From: an uncultured Thermodesulfobacteriota bacterium
GTDB lineage: Bacteria > Desulfobacterota > WTBG01 > CAIYCZ01 > CAIRTM01
Assembly: GCA_964621615.1 (NCBI GenBank)
Contig: CAZUMW010000003.1
Location: 19,914-83,913, forward strand
Length of the DNA: 64,000 nt
Direction: 5' to 3'
The notes under the pieces are model-generated. The model did not search any database and was not told the DNA's origin. It saw only the letters and a program-made list of their open reading frames with translations. How positions within the stretch are numbered: the first letter of the stretch is position 1; every line of letters begins with the position of its first letter. The translations under genes and the position numbers were made by a program. Positions 57,134 through 64,000 of this stretch are shown here, piece after piece.

Positions 57134-59131
57134 TTACTGGTTTATTTTTTTAAGCATCCGGCTGTTTACGTCTTTGGGAAAGTGCTTGATGACGCTCAGT
57201 ATCGGAGCTGCGGCGGTTTTGCCAAGCGCGCAGAAGCAGGTGTTGTTCATTGCATCGCCCATTCGCTTGATAACGGCGATCTGCTCCTTAGTGCCGCGCC
57301 CTTCTGCCAGAGTGGTTACTATTTCGCTTATGCGCTTTACGCCCTCTCTGCAGGGCGTGCACTTGCCGCACGATTCCTCAAGAAAAAACTCGGTTAGAAA
57401 CCGCGCCAGCTCCACAACATCGGTGTCTTCGTCAGCAACCAGCAGGCCTCCGGAGCCCAGCAGCGTGCCCGCTTTTGCAAGCGCATCGTAGTCGAGCTTT
57501 GTTTTGAGCGATTTAGCGGGAAGCACTCCGCCGGAAGGGCCTCCTGTCTGAAACGCTTTCACCTTTTTGCCGCTCGCGGTGCCACCGCCGAAGGTGCTGA
57601 TTATGTCCTCGATTTTTATGCCCATGGGCACTTCGACCCAGCAGGGCTGAGCGACGTTTCCTGAAAGTGCGACTATTTTAGTTCCTTTGCTCGACGGGGT
57701 GCCTATGCCGGCAAACCACGTGCCGCCCTTGAGGACGATGGCCGGGATATTTGAAAGCGTTTCAAGGTTATTGACAACTGTCGGCTTGCCGAAAAGTCCC
57801 CTTTCAACCGGAAGCGGCGGGCGGGGACGGGGCTCGCCGAAGGTTCCTCCAAGAGAGTTTAAAAGCGCGGTTTCCTCTCCGCACACATAAGCTCCGCCGC
57901 CGCGCTTAACGGTCAGGTCAAAAGAAAAGCCGGTTCCCATAATGTTGCGGCCCAGAAGGCCCATGCTGCGCGCCTGGTCTGCTGCTGCCTGGACGCGCTC
58001 TGCTGCAAGCAGGTAGCGATCGCTCAGGTATACATAGCCGTGCTGTGCGCCAACCGCATAGCCGGCGAGCATCATTCCCTCTATCAGCATGTGCGGATCC
58101 GACTCCAGATAGCTTTTGTGAAGGCCGATTTCAGGGTCGCCCTCGCTGCCGTTGCACACAATGTATTTAACGTCGCCGTCTGCTTTGCTGCAGGCCTCCC
58201 ACTTAATGCCGGCGGGAAAGCCGGCGCCGCCGCGGCCGCGAAGCTTGGAGGTTTTTACTTCTTTCACCACGTCTGCAGGCTTCATGCCGGTAAGGGCTTT
58301 TGTCAGTGCGCTGTAGCCGCCCAGCGCTATATACTCTTCAATGCGCTCGGGGCTTACGGTGCCGCAGTTTCTGCTCACTATCTGTTCCTGCGATTTATAG
58401 AAATCGTGTTTGCTCTGTTCCTTTATGCCGGTGAAGGATTTCGGAAGCGTGCCTTTTGAATAGGTGATTGAATCGGAAACCACATCGGATTTCACTTTGT
58501 CGCAGCGCATGAGCGCCAGGTCCTCAACCACTTTTCCGCTGGATATTGACGATACGATATCGGCAGCGCGATCGGCAGTGACGTTTCCGTAGGTGATCCG
58601 CGGCTTTCCTTCCTTAATGACGCTCACCACCGGCTCGGCAAAGCTCATGCCGTTGCTGCCCACCAGCACCACGTCCGCTTTCACTTTCTTTTTTTTCAGC
58701 TCAGCCTGAAGTGCCGCGGCAACGGATGCCGATCCCTTTGCAAGCCCGCAGCTCGCCGCGCCGACGGTTATGCGGGTGGTTTTCGGCACCAGAAGGTCCA
58801 TGCCCTGCTTTTTGATTTTATCCAGATCGGCAGGCGATGACACTTTGCCCTTCGGCTTCCAGCTTACTTTTGTCGATACCGGAGAGTCATTTTTCGCTGT
58901 CTGCTTTTTATCGATCCCCAGAGCAGCCATGAGCGCGCTGCGCTGCGGCTCGGGCAGGTCCTCGGAAACAAAGGTCTCAACCAGCTTTTTGCTCACCTTC
59001 TTTCCGGCTGCTTTATTTGTCAGCATTTGAAGCAGCTTCGGCTTGACCGCCGCGCGCATCCCTTCGGGCACTGCAGCAATCACCTTGTCAAATGCCTTTT
59101 GTCCGTCAGGTAACCACTTAATATCTGCCAT
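57134..59131 (-). CDS. NuoF/HydB/BamH-like flavoprotein, divergent
   Basis: LRGRGGAGFP, YVCGEETAL, GGPSGG, ESCGKCTPCREG, FCALG. Confidence 0.92.
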   Translation of the reverse strand: MADIKWLPDGQKAFDKVIAAVPEGMRAAVKPKLLQMLTNKAAGKKVSKKLVETFVSEDLPEPQRSALMAALGIDKKQTAKNDSPVSTKVSWKPKGKVSSPADLDKIKKQGMDLLVPKTTRITVGAASCGLAKGSASVAAALQAELKKKKVKADVVLVGSNGMSFAEPVVSVIKEGKPRITYGNVTADRAADIVSSISSGKVVEDLALMRCDKVKSDVVSDSITYSKGTLPKSFTGIKEQSKHDFYKSQEQIVSRNCGTVSPERIEEYIALGGYSALTKALTGMKPADVVKEVKTSKLRGRGGAGFPAGIKWEACSKADGDVKYIVCNGSEGDPEIGLHKSYLESDPHMLIEGMMLAGYAVGAQHGYVYLSDRYLLAAERVQAAADQARSMGLLGRNIMGTGFSFDLTVKRGGGAYVCGEETALLNSLGGTFGEPRPRPPLPVERGLFGKPTVVNNLETLSNIPAIVLKGGTWFAGIGTPSSKGTKIVALSGNVAQPCWVEVPMGIKIEDIISTFGGGTASGKKVKAFQTGGPSGGVLPAKSLKTKLDYDALAKAGTLLGSGGLLVADEDTDVVELARFLTEFFLEESCGKCTPCREGVKRISEIVTTLAEGRGTKEQIAVIKRMGDAMNNTCFCALGKTAAAPILSVIKHFPKDVNSRMLKKINQ

Positions 59132-59156
59132 TTACCCTTCTCCTTTCAGGGATAGA

Positions 59157-60074
59157 TTATCCGTTTAATATTTCTTCCAGCTTTGCCTGAGCCTGAACGC
59201 CGGAATAAATTTCCCCGTCGATCATAACCGCCGGCTCGATGTTGGCGCATCCGAGATCGCGGGCGGTTTCAAGCGTTACATCGGCGCCGGACTGCTCGAT
59301 TTTTTCCTTGATCTGCTGCAGCAGGGCCCCGCCTCCATTCACCTGAGCTGCGGTGGAGGTTGAGACGGTAATCCTGTGCTTGCCCGGCTTGTCGAGGCTG
59401 AACGCGCTGTAGGAGGTCGCCAGCCGGTACATGGTGCTCAGCGGAATATCTTTTTTCTGTGCAATGAGCACCAGCGCCTCTTTTGGAATATAGCCGAAGG
59501 CTTCCTGGGTCCGGTGCAGAATGCTGAACACGGCTTCCTGGCCGCCGGGGGTGTTTTCGATCATCTGCTCGACCTGGCTGAGGTCGACGCCGCCCATTGT
59601 GGCAAAGGCTTTGAGAATGTTTGATTTAAACGGATCCGGAACGATTTCTTTTACGATGGAAACCACGTGGGCTTCTGTAATGGGGCCGCCCTGGGCTTTT
59701 TCATTGGCAATGCCCATCAGCTTGCCGCGGAAAACCTCCCGCATCATGTCGGGAACTTCCTGGAGCATGCGCTCGAACATGGCTTCGCTGTTGCCTTCCC
59801 ATCCGGCAGCGGCCTGCGCGGGGGCAGCCTCCTGCTTGGCGCCGCCCTCGGGCTCCATGCCCAGAGCCTTCATGAGCGCGCTGCGCTGCGGCTCCGGCAA
59901 ATCCTCTTTTACCCAGGTTTTTACCAGGTCGGCGCTTACCGGCTGGCCTGCTGCTTTTCCGGCGAGCATCTGAAGCAGCTTCGGCTTGATCGTATCGCGC
60001 ATGGCTTCGGGTATGGCGGCCATAACTTTGTCAAACGTTTTTTGTCCGTCAGGTAACCATTTGATATCTGCCAT
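59157..60074 (-). CDS. NuoE/HydC/BamG-like subunit, degenerate, with two N-terminal helical repeats
   Basis: ILH..QEAFGYIP, ATSYSAF...PGKH.I.V, P.VMIDG; Cys ligands replaced. Confidence 0.85.
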   Translation of the reverse strand: MADIKWLPDGQKTFDKVMAAIPEAMRDTIKPKLLQMLAGKAAGQPVSADLVKTWVKEDLPEPQRSALMKALGMEPEGGAKQEAAPAQAAAGWEGNSEAMFERMLQEVPDMMREVFRGKLMGIANEKAQGGPITEAHVVSIVKEIVPDPFKSNILKAFATMGGVDLSQVEQMIENTPGGQEAVFSILHRTQEAFGYIPKEALVLIAQKKDIPLSTMYRLATSYSAFSLDKPGKHRITVSTSTAAQVNGGGALLQQIKEKIEQSGADVTLETARDLGCANIEPAVMIDGEIYSGVQAQAKLEEILNG

Positions 60075-60118
60075 TATCCTGATCTCCTTTAATCATTATG
60101 CTATAGCAACGCAGCCGG

Positions 60119-60808
60119 TTACTCTGCCGGCTGAATGTTTTCAAGCAGTTTTTTGTATTCCTTTTCGACCGTGCTCTGTGCCGATTTAATGTCTTTGTCG
60201 GTTGCCGAGCTGAAGCGTCCCTGTGCGCGGATGTATTCTGAAACGGGACGCGGATTCATCGTTGTTACGGTCAGGTTGTAGTAGCCGCTTCCCACCTCAT
60301 ACAGCGGGAAGGCCCGGGATTCGACTGCGCTGAAGCCCACCTTGACCGTATCCTCTGTCGGATACTGCCATGCTGCAGGGCAGGGGCACAGAATGTGTAT
60401 GTAAGCGCTTCCGTCTGCTTCAAGGGCCCGCTTTGCTTTCTCAAGCAGATCGAACGGATAGCTCGGGCAGGCGGTAGCCACGTATTTGACCCCTTCGGCG
60501 ACAGCGACAGCGGGCAGATTTTTATGTACCGCCTGCTTCAGCGTGCCCTCGGGCTCGTCATCCAGGCAGATAATCAGCTCTTTTTTGCCCTGCTTTATTT
60601 TCAAGACTGCTGCGTCGGTCGTGCAGCCGAACAGCGCGCTGCCGGTTCCGCGCTCACAGCTTGCTTTGCCGAGAAGATTTTCCGCGGCTTTTCCCACAAG
60701 GCGGACGGCAAGCGATACGCCGCACCCGATGCAGGTTTGATTGTGCTTTGAATCAAAATATTCCCCGGCGGGCAGAAAATTCGGTACATAGAGACTGTAT
60801 TTATCCAT
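60119..60808 (-). CDS. 2-oxoacid:ferredoxin oxidoreductase beta-subunit-like protein (short, lacks the TPP motif)
   Basis: CIGCG, YVATA.PSYP.DL..K, YIHILCPCP..W, AVES..FPLYE. Confidence 0.8.
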   Translation of the reverse strand: MDKYSLYVPNFLPAGEYFDSKHNQTCIGCGVSLAVRLVGKAAENLLGKASCERGTGSALFGCTTDAAVLKIKQGKKELIICLDDEPEGTLKQAVHKNLPAVAVAEGVKYVATACPSYPFDLLEKAKRALEADGSAYIHILCPCPAAWQYPTEDTVKVGFSAVESRAFPLYEVGSGYYNLTVTTMNPRPVSEYIRAQGRFSSATDKDIKSAQSTVEKEYKKLLENIQPAE

Positions 60809-60811
60809 AGA

Positions 60812-61093
60812 TTAGCCCTCCTCAACCATGCTGACAACGCCGAACCAGCACTCACGATGACAGATGCCACATCCGGTGCATTTGTCTTTGATTACATCAA
60901 AAAAACCGTCATCCTGTCTGTACACCGCGCCGTGAGGGCAGTATACATAACACACGCCGCATCGTATGCAGCGATCCTTGTCCCATTCAGGCAGTGCCGC
61001 CCGCGGGCCGCCTTTTTTAAAGGGCTGTGCGATACCGCGTGTTACCGCTGTGCACTGTACTGTTTTTTTTGAGCCTTTTGCCGTTGCTTCCAA
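60812..61093 (-). CDS. PorD-like 2x[4Fe-4S] protein
   Basis: CIRCGVCYVYCP, CTGCGICHREC; TTG start after AGGAGAGG. Confidence 0.85.
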   Translation of the reverse strand: MEATAKGSKKTVQCTAVTRGIAQPFKKGGPRAALPEWDKDRCIRCGVCYVYCPHGAVYRQDDGFFDVIKDKCTGCGICHRECWFGVVSMVEEG

Positions 61094-61142
61094 AACCCTC
61101 TCCTTTCATTCAGACTGTGAGTTAGGTGCATCCATTGATGTT

Positions 61143-61313
61143 TTATACTTCTTCCGGAGCTTTCATTGGGCATACTTTTACACATGTTTTACACTCAAGG
61201 CACAGTTCGTTGTCGATGCATGCGCGGTCTTTCACAAAACGAATTGCCGTTCTCGGACAAAGATCAACGCACCCACCGCAGCCTACACATTTTTCTCGGT
61301 CGATTCTAATCAT
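61143..61313 (-). CDS. 2x[4Fe-4S] ferredoxin (56 aa, below the ORF-track cut-off)
   Basis: MIRIDREKCVGCGGCVDLCPRTAIRFVKDRACIDNELCLECKTCVKVCPMKAPEEV; AGGAGG upstream. Confidence 0.92.
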   Translation of the reverse strand: MIRIDREKCVGCGGCVDLCPRTAIRFVKDRACIDNELCLECKTCVKVCPMKAPEEV

Positions 61314-61826
61314 TTCACATGCCTCCTTTTATGAGAATCACTGATTTAATTAATAAGTGGGGAAATTTGCAGTAAGTATGTGCGGCACCAAACATACAAA
61401 CACTTGAATTGTTTGGCCGCTAACTTTTTGCGAGCTATTATTATATATATATTTAATAAGATATGTCAAGCGTAATGAACAATAGAGCGGTATCGAAACC
61501 AGCTTGATAAACTTTTTCAATAATTTGAATTTTCTTGTCTTTTTCTGTCCGGCGGCGTCAGGCCGTCAATGCTGCTGCTCGCCTCGGCGGGGATTTTCCG
61601 CTTTCCGGCAGCGGTGTGCGGAACATTTCCGTACCGTAAGATTGTATATAGTCCGCCGGTAATAGACCTTGACAGATATACGCGTTTAAATTTATACTTT
61701 AAAATTAAGCGATTTTTCTTTCAGATCATACTCCCATCCTTTGCCCTCCAGAGGAATGGTAAGAGCATAGCCGCGCTGCAGAACGTTCGCAGCATTGTGT
61801 TTTTATCTGCCGTTACGGACACGCAC

Positions 61827-64000
61827 ATGAGTTTTGACACCAGCCACCGCACAGATGATTACGGTAAGCACCTTTTTCATTCCGCAAATGAGGGTATTTT
61901 TTTTGCTGACCGGGAGGGGCATATTACCCGGATCAACCCTACCTTTACCGAGATGCTGGGCTACACCCACGATCAGATAGCGGGCAAGCTTTTCAGCGAT
62001 ATCGTTCACCGGAGCAAAAAAGTTCAGAAGCTCACCGCATTTAACAAGCTGTATCATTTTATTCAGTCCGAGCAAAGCGCGATCGAGATGATGGTGATTG
62101 CAAAAGACGGCACCAATGTGCCGGTCAGGCTCCGCTCGGCGCTCATTAAAGATGATGCGGGACAGGTTCAGGAGGCAATCGGTATGCTTGCCCCTGTCCC
62201 TCAGGAGGACGGTAAAAAAACCATCGACCAGAAAACCTGGGAAGCGCAGCAGGATTTTGCAAATGTTTTAAAATACTCCGGGGACTCTATCATTATATGT
62301 GACGTGAGCGGTACGATAAAAACCTGCAGCGAGCAGCTGGAGCATATGCTTCACTACTCTCAGGAGGAGCTTCTGGGAAAGCACCTGATAGAGCTGTCCC
62401 CTTTTGAGGGTATCTATACTACGACAGTAGGCGAGGAAGTTACCATTGACGAAGAGTATGTTACCTATCAGGTCAGCAAAGCAGAAGAGCTGTTTGTGCA
62501 CGGGCGCGTTACCGGGTACCAGCTCTACTTTATTAGAAAAGACAATGTGCTGGTACCGGTCGAGGCAACGGTATCGGTGCTGAAGGACCGGGACGGCGAG
62601 CGCCGCGGCTCGATAACCATCTGCCGGGATGTAACTGAGCGGAAGGTCTCCGAGCGCAAGCTGCTGGAGGCGAATCAGAAGCTTGAGGGTACTAATCAGG
62701 TGCTTCAGATCGCAATACAGCAGGCGCACAGCATGGCGCAGGCTGCAGAGCAGGCCAACCTTGCGAAAAGCGAGTTTCTTGCAAATATGAGCCATGAGAT
62801 CCGAACCCCTATGAATGCGGTAATCGGGTTTACCGATATGCTTTTTGACACCGGCCTCACCGAGGAGCAGGGCGATTATGCCGGTACCATTAAGCGAAGC
62901 GCCGAAGCCCTCCTTTCCCTTATAAACGACATACTTGATTTTTCAAAGATAGAAGCGGGGCAGATCGACTTTGAGGATATTGAGCTCGATCCCGAAATCG
63001 TTGCCTATGATGTCTGTGACATGATACGGCCGAAGGCGGATGAGAAGCCCATAGAAGTGCTGTTCAGGGTAGGTGACAATGTGCCCCCCGCCGTTACGGG
63101 CGACCCGTATCGCATCAAGCAGGTTTTGATAAACCTGATGGGCAATGCGGTCAAGTTTACCGAGGAGGGGGAGATTGAGCTTTCCCTTGACATCGAGGAA
63201 GAAAAAGACGACGCCGCAAAGCTTCATGTCCGTGTTCGCGACACCGGCCTCGGCATACCGAAGGACAAGCTCGAGACGATATTTGAGGCGTTCAAGCAGG
63301 CAGACGGGACGACAACACGCCGCTACGGGGGAACCGGCCTCGGCCTGTCCATCTCAAAAAAAATAGCGCAGCGTATGGGCGGGGATACCTGGGCTGAAAG
63401 CCGGCAGGGCAACGGCAGCATTTTTCACTTTACCGCGTGGGTCGGCAAGCCGGAAAAGCGGCCTGCGAGGCGGCTGAACCTTCAATCCATTGTCGGCAAA
63501 AAAGTGTTTGTCGTCGATGACAACTGGAACAACCTCGCCATTATGGAACATATTTTAACAACTGCCGGGATGCGGCCCGTGATAGCCGACAGCGGTGAGC
63601 GTGTCGCCGATATTTTCAGGGAGGCAGCATCAGCCGGCGATCCGTTTGACATCGCCATTCTTGATATCCAGATGCCCCGCGTCAGCGGCTATGATGTGGC
63701 ACGGAAGATACCAGCGCTTGATCACCCCCGCACTCCGCTTATTGCCTGCTCATCCCTGGCCGAGCGCAATGCAAAAAAATGTGAGGAAGCAGGCTTTGAC
63801 GGGTTCCTGCCGAAGCCGGTAATGCGGCACAAGCTGCTGCGCATGATGGAGTTTCTGCTCACTGAAGATGCTGCACAAGAGCCGGGATCGCAAAAGGAAC
63901 CGATACTAACACAGCACTCTATGCGGGAGCGGGCAAAGCAGTCGGTATCGATTCTCCTCGCCGAGGATAACCCCGTCAATCAGAAGCTTGCCAAAACAAT
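61827..64000 (+). CDS. PAS-domain hybrid histidine kinase (BarA-like), runs off the window edge
   Basis: Manual translation: PAS start ANEGIFFADREG, AKSEFLANMSHEIRTPMN, GDPYRIKQVLINL, YGGTGLGL, receiver VVDD, second receiver LAEDN. Confidence 0.93.
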   Translation, partial: MSFDTSHRTDDYGKHLFHSANEGIFFADREGHITRINPTFTEMLGYTHDQIAGKLFSDIVHRSKKVQKLTAFNKLYHFIQSEQSAIEMMVIAKDGTNVPVRLRSALIKDDAGQVQEAIGMLAPVPQEDGKKTIDQKTWEAQQDFANVLKYSGDSIIICDVSGTIKTCSEQLEHMLHYSQEELLGKHLIELSPFEGIYTTTVGEEVTIDEEYVTYQVSKAEELFVHGRVTGYQLYFIRKDNVLVPVEATVSVLKDRDGERRGSITICRDVTERKVSERKLLEANQKLEGTNQVLQIAIQQAHSMAQAAEQANLAKSEFLANMSHEIRTPMNAVIGFTDMLFDTGLTEEQGDYAGTIKRSAEALLSLINDILDFSKIEAGQIDFEDIELDPEIVAYDVCDMIRPKADEKPIEVLFRVGDNVPPAVTGDPYRIKQVLINLMGNAVKFTEEGEIELSLDIEEEKDDAAKLHVRVRDTGLGIPKDKLETIFEAFKQADGTTTRRYGGTGLGLSISKKIAQRMGGDTWAESRQGNGSIFHFTAWVGKPEKRPARRLNLQSIVGKKVFVVDDNWNNLAIMEHILTTAGMRPVIADSGERVADIFREAASAGDPFDIAILDIQMPRVSGYDVARKIPALDHPRTPLIACSSLAERNAKKCEEAGFDGFLPKPVMRHKLLRMMEFLLTEDAAQEPGSQKEPILTQHSMRERAKQSVSILLAEDNPVNQKLAKT

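Noticed and set aside
59230-59400. Selenocysteine explaining the missing NuoE cysteines
   Set aside because: The codons are Ser/Ala/Asp sense codons in an uninterrupted frame, not TGA
142-63979. Numerous short or antisense ORFs in the six-frame track
   Set aside because: Shadow frames overlapping well-supported genes; no motifs or RBS

Overview
64 kb of chromosome from an anaerobic diderm bacterium. Gene content suggests Desulfobacterota/Deltaproteobacteria (inference). Housekeeping and transport genes: an RND tripartite pump, a family III CoA-transferase, thyA, metK, an asnB-type amidotransferase, archease-rtcB, a TreT-like glycosyltransferase, tgt, a MOT1-type transporter, a TrmN6-like methylase and three sensor kinases. 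There are many secreted or surface proteins (porin plus diheme protein, PKD/DUF1566, SGNH, LRR, beta-helix). No rRNA, tRNA, CRISPR array or intact transposase was recognised. Most notable: (1) an MNT-HEPN pair whose HEPN gene is split by a 177-nt non-coding element with IS608-like ends, where exact removal restores the reading frame; (2) a seven-gene redox operon (ferredoxin, PorD-like, PorB-like lacking the TPP motif, NuoE/F/G-like, GGR-family flavoenzyme) with degenerate Fe-S ligands and a triplicated N-terminal helical domain; (3) a TIR-bounded Y1-transposase remnant, GTAG-type REP repeats and several structured intergenic segments. All family assignments come from motif recognition by eye, not database searches.
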